From an uncultured Solirubrobacterales bacterium (lineage in GTDB: Bacteria; Actinomycetota; Thermoleophilia; Solirubrobacterales; Solirubrobacteraceae), in assembly GCA_963817865.1 (NCBI GenBank), contig CAWFQO010000015.1:6385-70384 (forward strand): 64,000 nt of DNA, read 5' to 3'. Below, piece by piece: positions 1 through 9,177 of the stretch. Each line of letters begins with the position of its first letter. The first letter of the stretch is position 1. A program made the translations under genes and the position numbers. The notes beneath the pieces were generated by a model that saw only the letters and a program-made list of their open reading frames with translations, was not told the DNA's origin and searched no databases.

Positions 1-1470
1 GACGCCGTCGTCGTCGTAGACGGTGCGGAGCGGCTCGCCCGGCGAGAGGCAGTCCTCGAAGGACGGCGGCCGCCCCATGATCGGGTCGGGGATCAGCTTG
101 GCCAGCCGGTCGCCGACGCCGTAGTCGTGGCCGAGCACCCGGGCCGCGTCGCGCGTCGCCGCCCGCGGGAACATCTTGCCGAAGGTGACGATCTGGGCGA
201 CCGACTCCTTGCCGTACTTGGCGATCACGTACTGCATCACCTTCTCCCGCCCGCGCACCGAGAAGTCGATGTCGATGTCCGGCATCGACACCCGCTCCGG
301 GTTGAGGAAGCGCTCGAAGAGGAGGTCGTACTCGAGCGGGTCGACGTCGGTGATCCGCAGGCTGTAGGACACGATCGACCCGGCCGCCGATCCCCGGCCC
401 GGGCCGACGGCCACGCCGTTGGCCTTGGCGAAGGCGACGAAGTCCCAGACGATCAGGAAGTAGGAGTTGAAGCCCATCCGGTCGATCACCTCGAGCTCCA
501 TCTCCGCCCGCTCGAGTGCCGCCGCCGGCGGCGGGTCGCCGTAGCGTTCGCGCAGTCCCTCCTCGACCCGCGCGCGCAGGAACGACCGGTCGCTCTCACC
601 CGCGGGCACCGGGTAGCGGGGGATCAGCTGGCGACCGAGCTCGAGCTCGACCTCGCACCGGGCGGCGATCTCGAGCGTCGACTCGAGCGCCTCCGGCCAG
701 GCGGCGAACGCCGCGACCATCTCGCCGTTGTCCTTGAGATAGAACTCGTTCGTCTCGAAGGTCATCTTCGGCTCGGCCAGGGTGCTCTTGGTCTGGACGC
801 AGAGGAGGGCCGCGTGGTTCTCGTAGTCCTCGCGCCGGAGGTAGTGGACGTCGGCCGTGGCGGTCAGCGGCCGGCCGAGCTCCCGGGCGATGCGGACGAT
901 CTCCTCGTTGCAGCGGTCCTGGACGGCCAGCCCGTTGCGCTGCACCTCGAAGAAGACGTTCTCGCGACCGAAGACCCCGAGGAGCTCCTCCGCGTGGGCG
1001 CGCGCCTCGCCGAGCCGGCCGTCGGCGATCCGCTGGCAGAAGCGGGAGGCGAGGCAGCCGGTCAGGGCGATGATGCCCTCGCCGTAGCGCTCGGCCTGGC
1101 CGAGGTCGACGGTCGGGCGCCCCCGGTTGAGGCCCTCGAGGAACCCGGCCGACGAGAGCTTGACCAGGTTGCGGTAGCCCTCGTCGGTGGCGGCGAGCAG
1201 CGTCAGGTGGTTGCGCTCGACCCGGCCCCGCGTGGCCGCCTCGTGGTCGTCGACGAGGTAGACCTCGCACCCGACGATCGGCTTGATCCCGTGGCGGCGG
1301 CAGGCCTGGTGGAGCTCGACGGCGCCGTTCATCACGCCGTGGTCGGTCAGCCCGAGGGCCGGCTGATCGAAGGCGGCCGCCCGCTCGGCGAGGGCGTCGA
1401 TCTTGCACGCCCCGTCGAGGAGCGAGTACTCGGAGTGGACGTGGAGGTGGGCGCAGGCGGGCGGGGACAT
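1..1470 (-). CDS. dnaE: DNA polymerase III alpha subunit, N-terminal part (continues past window start)
   Basis: Hand translation from ATG at 1470 gives MSPPACAHLHVHSEYSLLDGACKIDALAERAAAFDQPALGLTDHGVMNGAVELHQACRRHGIKPIVGCEVYLV, a PHP-domain N-terminus typical of DnaE. The frame stays open to position 1. It is absent from the ORF track because the window edge truncates it. Confidence 0.85.
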   Translation of the reverse strand, partial: MSPPACAHLHVHSEYSLLDGACKIDALAERAAAFDQPALGLTDHGVMNGAVELHQACRRHGIKPIVGCEVYLVDDHEAATRGRVERNHLTLLAATDEGYRNLVKLSSAGFLEGLNRGRPTVDLGQAERYGEGIIALTGCLASRFCQRIADGRLGEARAHAEELLGVFGRENVFFEVQRNGLAVQDRCNEEIVRIARELGRPLTATADVHYLRREDYENHAALLCVQTKSTLAEPKMTFETNEFYLKDNGEMVAAFAAWPEALESTLEIAARCEVELELGRQLIPRYPVPAGESDRSFLRARVEEGLRERYGDPPPAAALERAEMELEVIDRMGFNSYFLIVWDFVAFAKANGVAVGPGRGSAAGSIVSYSLRITDVDPLEYDLLFERFLNPERVSMPDIDIDFSVRGREKVMQYVIAKYGKESVAQIVTFGKMFPRAATRDAARVLGHDYGVGDRLAKLIPDPIMGRPPSFEDCLSPGEPLRTVYDDDGV

Positions 1471-1547
1471 CGGTCGTCGACGATGCTAGGCACCGGGTCG
1501 GATGGCGCCGTCGCCGACCTCGCTCGGTGCGGCCTTCCGCGGCCGCC

Positions 1548-1907
1548 TCAGCCGATCTTCGGCCCGAGGCCCCACTTCGGCATCGGCGAGAGCCCACCCT
1601 TGGCGATCGCCAGCTCGGTGTCGGCGGAGCGGCGGGTCATCGGGTACGGCGGCATCGCCCACACCTGGTAGCCGACCGTCCCGTAGTGGATGCGCAGGAA
1701 CGCGGTCAGGTCGCCGCGGTGCTCGTCGCACGCGTAGCGGCGGGGTCCGAGCGGGCCGCCGCCGTGCCAGACGAGCCACATCCCGGGCAGGGCGTCGAGG
1801 TACTCGCCGAAGATGAGCTCCCGCAGCTGACCTTCGAGCGTCACCTGCGTCTGCTCGTCGGGAGCGGTGCCGCAGAACTGACACTTGAAGCGGACGAAGA
1901 CCGGCAT
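1548..1907 (-). CDS. hypothetical protein (about 119 aa)
   Basis: ORF 1548..1967. I chose the internal start MPVFVRFKCQFCG at 1907. Third-position GC is high. No family recognised. Confidence 0.5.
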   Translation of the reverse strand: MPVFVRFKCQFCGTAPDEQTQVTLEGQLRELIFGEYLDALPGMWLVWHGGGPLGPRRYACDEHRGDLTAFLRIHYGTVGYQVWAMPPYPMTRRSADTELAIAKGGLSPMPKWGLGPKIG

Positions 1908-2020
1908 GGCTTCTAGTCCTCGGGTTCGGGCCCCGACGGCGGGCTGGGACGGTCGTGATCCAAACACTAGCGCGGCCGGAGCGGGCCGTCGAGGGACCCG
2001 GCCGCTAGGCTTCCCGGCCC

Positions 2021-3274
2021 ATGACCGACGTCACGCTCCGCACGGCCACCTACGAAGCCGACCCCGAGCACGTCCACCGCGTGCTCCTGCTGTACTCCGG
2101 CGGCCTCGACACCAGCGTGATGCTGAAGTGGATCCAGGACGAGTACGAGGCCGAGGTCGTCGCCCTGACCGTCAACCTCGGCCAGCCGGGCGAGGACTAC
2201 GAGGTCGTCCGGGGCAAGGCCCTGCAGATCGGCGCCGTCGAGTGCCACGTGGTCGACGCGCGCGAGGAGTTCGCCCAGGACTTCGTCGCCCCGGCGATCA
2301 AGGCCAACGCCCTCTACGGGGGCGGCTACCCCCTCTTCACCGCGCTCGGACGCCCGCTGATCGCCAAGCTCGCCGTCGAGCACGCCCGCCGCCACGGCTG
2401 CGACACGATCGCCCACGGGTGCACCGGCAAGGGCAACGATCAGGTGCGCATCGACGCCACGGTCGCCACCCTCGCCCCCGAACTGCGGGTGATCGCCCCG
2501 GTCCGGTCGTGGCGGATGGGCCGCGACGACGAGATCGTCTACGCCCGCGAGCACGGCATCCCGGTCAAGGGCGGCACCGAGATCACGCCCTACTCGATCG
2601 ACGACAACCTCTGGGGTCGCTCGTCGGAGGGGCGCTGGATCGAGGATCTCGGGCACGCGCCCGAGGACGACGTCTTCCAGCTCGTGACCCGCCCGGAGGA
2701 GGCACCCGACGAGGCCGAGACGGTGACGATCGGCTTCGAGGCCGGGCGCCCGGTCGCCCTCGACGGCGAGCCGCTCGAGCTCGTCGATCTGCTCGAGCGG
2801 GTCGCGACGATCGCCGCCCGCCACGGCGTCGGCATCGTCGACCACATCGAGGACCGGATCGTCGGCCTCAAGGTCCGCGACATCTACGAGATCCCGGCGG
2901 CCGCGGTCATCCTCCCGGCCCACCAGGAGCTCGAGAAGCTCGTCTCGACGATCCATCAGAACCAGTTCAAGGCCGGTCTCGACCGCCAGTGGGCCTACCT
3001 CGTCTACGCCGGGCTCTGGTGGGAGCCGCTGCGCGCCGACCTCGACGCCTTCATGGAGTCGGTCAACGCCCAGGTGACCGGGACGATCGGGATCAAGCTC
3101 TACAAGGGGCACGCCCGGGTGGTCACCCGCGAGTCCCCGAACGCCGTCTACGACCAGTCGCTGGCCTCCTTCGGCGAGTCGGGCGGACTCTTCTCGCAGG
3201 CCGCCTCCCCCGGGTTCATCGAGCTCTGGTCGCTCCAGTCGCGGATGGCCTGGCAGCTGCGCAACTCCGACTGA
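2021..3274 (+). CDS. argG: argininosuccinate synthase
   Basis: 417-aa ORF with LLYSGGLDTSV (ATP pyrophosphatase motif), ALYGGGYPLFTALGRPLIA and AHGCTGKGNDQVR. Confidence 0.95.
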   Translation: MTDVTLRTATYEADPEHVHRVLLLYSGGLDTSVMLKWIQDEYEAEVVALTVNLGQPGEDYEVVRGKALQIGAVECHVVDAREEFAQDFVAPAIKANALYGGGYPLFTALGRPLIAKLAVEHARRHGCDTIAHGCTGKGNDQVRIDATVATLAPELRVIAPVRSWRMGRDDEIVYAREHGIPVKGGTEITPYSIDDNLWGRSSEGRWIEDLGHAPEDDVFQLVTRPEEAPDEAETVTIGFEAGRPVALDGEPLELVDLLERVATIAARHGVGIVDHIEDRIVGLKVRDIYEIPAAAVILPAHQELEKLVSTIHQNQFKAGLDRQWAYLVYAGLWWEPLRADLDAFMESVNAQVTGTIGIKLYKGHARVVTRESPNAVYDQSLASFGESGGLFSQAASPGFIELWSLQSRMAWQLRNSD

Positions 3275-3313
3275 CCGCCCCCGGCGGCGCCGGCCCGTCT
3301 CTGCGTCCGAGCG

Positions 3314-3499
3314 CTACCGCGAAGCGACCTCCCGGTTCCGGCGCCGGTCGCCCGCGGGGGTGGGCGCCACCCGGCAGTAGGGGCAGGGCTCCTCCCAGAC
3401 GGTCAGCTCTCCGCCGTCCTCCTCGGTGACCACCGCGGTCACGTAGTCCTTCTTGCAGGCGCTGCATACGCGCAGCTCGGTCGGCACGAATCCGGTCAT
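3314..3499 (-). CDS. small zinc-ribbon-like protein (61 aa)
   Basis: MTGFVPTELRVCSACKK...CPYCRV carries two CxxC pairs. AGGAG lies about 10 nt upstream of the ATG at 3499. Confidence 0.5.
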   Translation of the reverse strand: MTGFVPTELRVCSACKKDYVTAVVTEEDGGELTVWEEPCPYCRVAPTPAGDRRRNREVASR

Positions 3500-3633
3500 G
3501 TGCTCTTCGCTCCTGTGATCGTGAGGCACTAGCTATAACAGATGCATCGGACGGTCAACCCCCGAGCTGAAGCCGGGCGGCTGCCCCTGAACATCACTTC
3601 GCAGGGCGGGCGCCCGCGGATGACTACCGTGGG

Positions 3634-4698
3634 TCAGGCGGCGGCGCGCAGCGACTCGGGCACGACGCCCGAGAGCGCCGACTCGGCGAGCACGCGGCCG
3701 AGGAGCGGAGCGAACTTGAAGAGGTTGTTGCCGAAGCAGACCGTCGCGTTCGGGAGCGCCCAGACCCCGAGGTCGTCCCCCCCGCCGAGGAGCGGCGTCC
3801 GCTGGAAGGTGCAGCGCAGCTCGGCCACCGCCTCCGGCTCGAGCTCGGGCATCCGCTCGGCGACGTGGGCGCGCAGGCGCAGGTAGCTCAGGTGGGACGC
3901 CTCGTCCGCGCTCACCCGGTCGGTCGGGTAGTCGGTCTCGCCGGAGAGGCCGATCGCGTAGCGGCCGCTCGAGGCGACCGGGAGCCCGTAGATCGACTCG
4001 GCGCCGCCGTGGTCGAGCAGGCAGGACGGTCGGCGGGCCGGGTCGCGCAGGGGAAAGGCGAAGCGGCTGTGGCGGTAGAAGGTGGCTTTGAGCTCGAGCC
4101 CCAACTGGGCGGCCAGGGCCGGCGTGCCGGCGCCGGCGCAGACCACGAGGTGGTCGGTCGACCAGATCCCGTCCGGCGTCATCAGGTCGAACCCGTCGCC
4201 CCGCCGGTCGACGACCTCGAGGCGCGTGACCGTCCGGTCGGCCTCGGTCGCCCCGGCCAGGTAGCTCATGATCGCCCCGACGCAGATGTTGCCCCCGGCC
4301 GGGTCCCACAGGGCCGGCTCCCCCGGCTCGAGCCGCACGCCGGCCCGGTCGCGGGCCTGCGCCGGGTCGAGGATCGACCAGTCGAGCCCCGCGAGCTCGA
4401 GGTTGCGGCGCATCGGCTCGACCCCGGCACCGACGACGAGGGCGCCGCGGTCGTCGATCAGCTCGCGACCGACCCGTCCCTCCCACCCCGTCCACTCGGC
4501 GCGGGCCTCCCGGGCCAGGCCGGTCAGCTGCGGGCTCGAGTGGGCCATGCGGAAGATCCGCACCGGTCCCTTCGACTGGCCGCCGCCCGGCTCGTCGGCC
4601 TCGAGGCTGACGACCTCGACGCCGCGCTCGCGCAGGGCGAGCGCCGTGGCCATCCCGATCACACCCGAGCCGACCACGGTGACCCTGCTGACGCCCAT
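3634..4698 (-). CDS. FAD-dependent oxidoreductase (DAO family, glycine/sarcosine oxidase-like)
   Basis: N-terminal Rossmann motif VTVVGSGVIGMATALAL..G..V. Length 354 aa. Confidence 0.75.
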   Translation of the reverse strand: MGVSRVTVVGSGVIGMATALALRERGVEVVSLEADEPGGGQSKGPVRIFRMAHSSPQLTGLAREARAEWTGWEGRVGRELIDDRGALVVGAGVEPMRRNLELAGLDWSILDPAQARDRAGVRLEPGEPALWDPAGGNICVGAIMSYLAGATEADRTVTRLEVVDRRGDGFDLMTPDGIWSTDHLVVCAGAGTPALAAQLGLELKATFYRHSRFAFPLRDPARRPSCLLDHGGAESIYGLPVASSGRYAIGLSGETDYPTDRVSADEASHLSYLRLRAHVAERMPELEPEAVAELRCTFQRTPLLGGGDDLGVWALPNATVCFGNNLFKFAPLLGRVLAESALSGVVPESLRAAA

Positions 4699-4747
4699 GG
4701 GTCCAGGCTACTCCGACCGGTCGCGCGCGGCCATATGATTGGCGGAC

Positions 4748-5008
4748 ATGCCGACCGTGATCCTCCGCGGGCAGCTCCAGAAGCTGGCCGGCGGCGACTC
4801 CGAGCACGCCCTCGACGGGGGCACCGTCACCGACCTCCTGCGCGAGCTCGAGCAGGCCCACGAGGCCCTCGAGGGCTGGATCCTCGACGAGCGGGGCGTC
4901 CTGCGCCGCCACATCAACGTGTTCGTCAACGGCGAGCGGGTCAATCCCGACGCGACGCTCGGGCCTGACGACCGGATCGAGATCCTCCCCGCCATCTCGG
5001 GCGGCTGA
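4748..5008 (+). CDS. MoaD/ThiS-family ubiquitin-like sulfur-carrier protein
   Basis: About 86 aa ending ...ILPAISGG with the C-terminal Gly-Gly typical of the family. The ORF track starts at TTG 4739; the ATG at 4748 is more likely. Confidence 0.65.
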   Translation: MPTVILRGQLQKLAGGDSEHALDGGTVTDLLRELEQAHEALEGWILDERGVLRRHINVFVNGERVNPDATLGPDDRIEILPAISGG

Positions 5009-5018
5009 CCCGGCCTCG

Positions 5019-6086
5019 ATGACCGAGCTGCTGGTCGGGACCCGCAAGGGCCTCTTCGTCCTCGATGGCCCACCCGGCGGGGCGTTCGAGATCACCCGCC
5101 GGGCGTTCGTCGGCGAGCCGGTCGACTACGCCGTGCGCGACGCCCGCAGCGGCCGGGTCTTCGCCGCCGTCACGTCCCCGTTCTTCGGCCCGCGGATCTG
5201 GTTCACCGACGACCTCGAAGCCGACAGCTGGTCCCCCGCGGCCGGGGTCTCGCTCCCCCGCGGTGGGGATCAGGCGCTCTCGCGCATCTGGGTGATCGCC
5301 CCGGCCGGCGAGGACGGCGAGCGCCTCTACGCCGGAGGCGACCCCGGCGTGCTCTTCGAGAGCCACGACGGCGGCGCGACCTGGACGCTCAACCTCCCGC
5401 TCTGGGAGCACCCCTCCCGCCCGGACTGGCAGCGCGACTCCGGCGGCCTCTCGGTCCACTCGATCGCCCCCTGGCCCGGGGATCCCGACCGCCTCGCGAT
5501 GGCGATCTCCGCCGCCGGGGTCTGGCTGACCGAGGACGGCGGCGCGACGTGGCGCCACGGCAACCGCGGGATCGTGGCCGACTACCTCCCGGAGGAGACG
5601 CGCAGGAGCGCGATCAGCCTCTGCGTCCATCACCTCGAGCGGGCGCCCCGGCGCCCCGAGCGGCTCTACATGCAGTTCCACGGCGGCGTCTACCGCTCCG
5701 ATGACGCCGGGGAGTCATGGCTCGACATCTCCGCCGGCCTCCCGTCGGACTTCGGGTTCCCGATCGTCCTCGACCCGGCCGACTCCGACTGCGCCTACGT
5801 CATCCCCGTGGCCACCGTCGACCGCGTCACCCCCGGTCGCGTCGTCGTCTGGGAGACCCGCGACGCCGGGGTGACCTGGCGCCCTCTGGGGGCCGGCCTC
5901 CCCGACCGTGACGCCTACCTCCAGATCCTCCGCCAGGCGTTCGACCGCGCCGGCGAAGGGCCGGCCCTCGAGCTTTACTTCGGGGCGACCTCGGGCGAGG
6001 TCTTCGGATCGCCCGACGCCGGCGCCCACTGGTCGACGCTCGCCGCCCGCCTACCGGCCATCAGCTCCGTCCGCGTCGGACGGTGA
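5019..6086 (+). CDS. BNR/Asp-box repeat beta-propeller protein (sialidase-like / Ycf48-like)
   Basis: Repeated SxDxGxTW-type boxes: SHDGGATW, TEDGGATW, SDDAGESW, TRDAGVTW, SPDAGAHW. Confidence 0.7.
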   Translation: MTELLVGTRKGLFVLDGPPGGAFEITRRAFVGEPVDYAVRDARSGRVFAAVTSPFFGPRIWFTDDLEADSWSPAAGVSLPRGGDQALSRIWVIAPAGEDGERLYAGGDPGVLFESHDGGATWTLNLPLWEHPSRPDWQRDSGGLSVHSIAPWPGDPDRLAMAISAAGVWLTEDGGATWRHGNRGIVADYLPEETRRSAISLCVHHLERAPRRPERLYMQFHGGVYRSDDAGESWLDISAGLPSDFGFPIVLDPADSDCAYVIPVATVDRVTPGRVVVWETRDAGVTWRPLGAGLPDRDAYLQILRQAFDRAGEGPALELYFGATSGEVFGSPDAGAHWSTLAARLPAISSVRVGR

Positions 6087-6593
6087 GTCGCCGACGATCT
6101 GGAAGGTGAACATCTTCGCCGCCTCGATCCGGACGTAGACGACCCCGGAGTCGAGGAACGCCTCCCACTCCTCCCCGTAGCGGGGCACGTAGATCCCGAG
6201 CACCGTCGCCCGGAAGCCCGCGTGCTCGGGCGCGGCCACGTCGATCGTGACCGCCCGCCCGTGGACGGTCACGGCGAGCTCCTCGCCCGGGAGATGGGTT
6301 GCGCTGACCTGGGGCCGGCGGCTGATGTGGCGCAGGCGCACCGACTCGGGCGATGACCCGAAGTGGAAGGCCCCGCGGTAGAAGATCCCGTCGACCGGGC
6401 CGACGATGGGCCGGCCGTCGGCGGTCACCGTGGCCAGGGCGAGCAGGCGCATCCCGGTCAGCCGCTCCGCCACCTCCGCGGCCGTGAGCCGGCGCTCGGC
6501 GGTGATGATGCTCCGCAGGTGGGCGCCCGCCGCCGCGTCGCTGGCGTCGAGGAGTTCCTGGAGGGCGGCGATGTCGGCGGCCGTCTCGTGCAC
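6051..6593 (-). CDS. pyridoxamine 5'-phosphate oxidase family protein
   Basis: 180-aa ORF with LATVTADGRPIVGPVDGIFYRGAFHF, the typical PNPOx-like split-barrel N-terminal pattern. It overlaps the previous gene convergently by 36 nt. Confidence 0.55.
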   Translation of the reverse strand: MHETAADIAALQELLDASDAAAGAHLRSIITAERRLTAAEVAERLTGMRLLALATVTADGRPIVGPVDGIFYRGAFHFGSSPESVRLRHISRRPQVSATHLPGEELAVTVHGRAVTIDVAAPEHAGFRATVLGIYVPRYGEEWEAFLDSGVVYVRIEAAKMFTFQIVGDSPSDADGADGR

Positions 6594-6602
6594 GGCCAGA
6601 CG

Positions 6603-7250
6603 CTACCGCCCGACCGCCCCCACGTCGACCCCCGGCCGGTCGGCCCCGCCGGCGTGCGCCTCCCCCGCCGCGAGCACGGCCGCGGCGAAGGCCGCGACGA
6701 GCAGGTCGCGGAGCTCCGCGCGGCCGAGGTCGCGGTGCTCGACCCAGTCGAGGACGGCCGCGTCGATCGCGCCGAGCCAACCGCGCAGGGCGACGCGGAG
6801 CGCCGGCGCCGGCTCGCCCGGGCCACCGAGACGAGCGAGGATCTGCCGGAGCGTGCGGGCTCGGAACCCCTCGACGAGCTCCCGGGCGGCCGGCACCGTG
6901 CTCGCGCTCTGCATCAGCTTCACCCAGGTCCGGGCGTGACCCTCGATCCAGACGAGGTAGGCGTCGAGGCTCGCGCTGAGCTCGGCCATCGGCTCGCCAT
7001 CGCCGGCCGGGGCGATCAGGCGCTCGAGCTCCTCGGCGTGGGCGCGGACCGCGGCCTTGAAGAGCGCGGTCTTGCTCGGGAAGTAGTGGTAGAGGAGCGC
7101 CTTGGAGATCCCCGCTCGGTCGGCGATCCGGCGCATCGAGATGTCGGCGAACGCATGGTCGGCGAACAGGTCGCTCGCCGCGGCGATCACCTGCCGGCGG
7201 CGCTCGTCGACCCCGAGGCGGGTGTACGCGGCCCCGGCCCCGGCCACCAC
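6603..7250 (-). CDS. TetR family transcriptional regulator
   Basis: HTH region RRRQVIAAASDLFADHAFADISMRRIADRAGISKALLYHYFPSK. The GTG start at 7250 overlaps the upstream TAG stop (TAGTG). Confidence 0.85.
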   Translation of the reverse strand: MVAGAGAAYTRLGVDERRRQVIAAASDLFADHAFADISMRRIADRAGISKALLYHYFPSKTALFKAAVRAHAEELERLIAPAGDGEPMAELSASLDAYLVWIEGHARTWVKLMQSASTVPAARELVEGFRARTLRQILARLGGPGEPAPALRVALRGWLGAIDAAVLDWVEHRDLGRAELRDLLVAAFAAAVLAAGEAHAGGADRPGVDVGAVGR

Positions 7251-9079
7251 TAGAGCACCAGCGGCCGGCGCCGGCCCCGGTGCCGGCGGAGGGCCAGGGT
7301 GACCCGGATCCCCTCGAGGCTGATGCCGAGGCTCATCTTCGACGCCCCGGCGAACCGCTCGGAGAAGACGAACGGCACCTCCTCGATCCGCGCCCCGGAG
7401 AGGTGGGCGAGCTGGGTCGCCTCGACCTGGAAGGCGTAGCCGGCGCTCAGCATCTCCTCCAGCCCGAGTCCGCCGAGGCACCCGGCCCGCCACACCTTGA
7501 AGCCCCCGCTCAGATCGCTGAACGGCAGCCCGAGGACGAGGCGCGAGGCGCGGCAGCCGATCCGGCTGAGCGCGAGCCGCGTCGCGCTCCACCCGTCGGT
7601 GCCGCCCCCTTGGATGTAGCGGGAGCCGAGCACGAGTCCGGCGTCCCGCTCGAGCAGCACCCGCCGCATCTCGGCCAGCTTCTCCGGCGGGTGGGATAGG
7701 TCGCAGTCCATCTGGCCGATGACCTCGTAGCCGCGCTCGAGACACCAGCCGAAGCCCGCCCGGTAGGCCATCCCGAGCCCGTCCTTGCCCGTCCGGTGGA
7801 GGACGTGCATCCACGGCCGCTCGGCCGCGAGGGCGTCGGCGAGCCGGCCGGTCCCGTCGGGCGAGGCGTCGTCCACGACGAGCAGGTCGAATCCCGGGGC
7901 CGCGGCTTCGAACCGGGCGACGAAGAGCGGCAGCGCATCGCGCTCGTCGTAGGTCGGCACCACGACGACCGTCGGGGGGCTCGGCGACGGCCGGGCGGGC
8001 GCCGGCAGCGGCGCCAGCGCCCGGGGCAGCGGCAGCACCGGCGCCGCCCGCGCCGCCGCCGCCGCCGCCGGCGGCCCGGCCGCCGCGGCGGTCCGGGGCG
8101 TCCGGCCGCGCCGGGCCAGGATCAGGGCCGCGCTCTCGGCGAGACCGGCGGCGAGGATCTCACCGGCGAGAGAGACCACCCGCAGGCCGAGCGCGAGCAC
8201 GGCCGCCCGACCCGGTCCGATCGCCGGGGCGAGGCCGACCGCGAGGGCGGCGTCGCGCGGGCCGAGGCCGCCCGGGAGGAGCGGGACGAGCACGCCGACG
8301 ACCCAGGCCAGAGCGAACGTCCCGAGCAGCGTCAGTCCCCCCGGCGCGCGCGACGAGCCGAGCAGCGCGCCGGCCAGCACCAAGGCACCGAGCCCGGTCG
8401 CCGCCCAGCCGCCGACGTTCACGGCGACCATCGCGGCCAGCGTCCGGCCGGGGAGCGGGCGGGCGACGGCGATCCCCCGCCGGGCGAGCCGGCGGGCGAG
8501 GCGGTCCCCGAGGAAGGCCGGGCGCAGGGCGAGGGCGAGCGCCCCGAACCCGGCCGCCAGCCCGCAGGCGAGCGCCGGGGGGGTGTCCCCGGCGAGGACG
8601 AGGGCGGCCAGCGCGACGAGCGCCCCGGCGGTCATCGCCGCGAGCTGCTCATAGCCCGTCGCCGTGAGCACCTGCGGCCGGGTGGCGCCGAGGCGCTCAC
8701 GCTCCCGGACCCGGTAGACGAAGCCGACCGCGCCGCTCGGCTCGTAGCGCAGGAGGAACGACCGGGCCCACACCCGGAGCAGCCCGACCGCCGCCGGGTC
8801 CGCCCCCGATCGCCGCAGGGCCAGGCGCAGGGTCAGCGCCTGGGCGAGCGGCGCGACGGCGAGCAGGCCGACCGCCCCGCCGAGGGCGAGCGGATCGATC
8901 GACCAGTCGAAGCGGGCGATCGCCTCCCGGTTGGCCTCGACGCCGAGGATCAACCCGACGAGGAGGGCGATCCCGGCCAGCAGCCGGAAGCGCCGGCCCG
9001 CCCACCGGCGCCAGGCCCGCGGTCGATGCCAGAGCCCATCGGAAACCTTGTTGACCATCGGTCGATAAACCCCAAACAA
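7250..9079 (-). CDS. polyprenol-phosphate mannosyltransferase-like GT2 domain fused to an N-terminal polytopic membrane domain
   Basis: The C-terminal 250 aa, VVVVPTYDERDALP...LLVVDDASPDGT...MDCDLSHPP...FKVWR, match Dpm1/Ppm1-type GT2 enzymes. The N-terminal 330 aa are Ala/Leu/Gly-rich with multiple TM segments. Confidence 0.8.
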   Translation of the reverse strand: MFGVYRPMVNKVSDGLWHRPRAWRRWAGRRFRLLAGIALLVGLILGVEANREAIARFDWSIDPLALGGAVGLLAVAPLAQALTLRLALRRSGADPAAVGLLRVWARSFLLRYEPSGAVGFVYRVRERERLGATRPQVLTATGYEQLAAMTAGALVALAALVLAGDTPPALACGLAAGFGALALALRPAFLGDRLARRLARRGIAVARPLPGRTLAAMVAVNVGGWAATGLGALVLAGALLGSSRAPGGLTLLGTFALAWVVGVLVPLLPGGLGPRDAALAVGLAPAIGPGRAAVLALGLRVVSLAGEILAAGLAESAALILARRGRTPRTAAAAGPPAAAAAARAAPVLPLPRALAPLPAPARPSPSPPTVVVVPTYDERDALPLFVARFEAAAPGFDLLVVDDASPDGTGRLADALAAERPWMHVLHRTGKDGLGMAYRAGFGWCLERGYEVIGQMDCDLSHPPEKLAEMRRVLLERDAGLVLGSRYIQGGGTDGWSATRLALSRIGCRASRLVLGLPFSDLSGGFKVWRAGCLGGLGLEEMLSAGYAFQVEATQLAHLSGARIEEVPFVFSERFAGASKMSLGISLEGIRVTLALRRHRGRRRPLVL

Positions 9080-9177
9080 TTCCCCGGGTTACGCGGCCAG
9101 CGCGGGTGACTGCCTCGAGCGGCCGGGCCGCTGTGGGAGGCTCGGCCCCCCACGAACCCGACCCGCGGAGGCGACCG

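Noticed and set aside
127-1671. Long ORFs in the supplied track such as 127..1671(+), 3533..5095(-), 20108..21709(-), 23597..26239(+), 26794..28656(-) and 55313..56974(+).
   Set aside because: Their translations are Arg/Pro/Gly/Ala-rich with no motifs. They run antisense to or out of frame with genes that have clear family signatures (dnaE, thrS, ftsI and others). Stop-poor alternative frames like these are expected in very GC-rich DNA.
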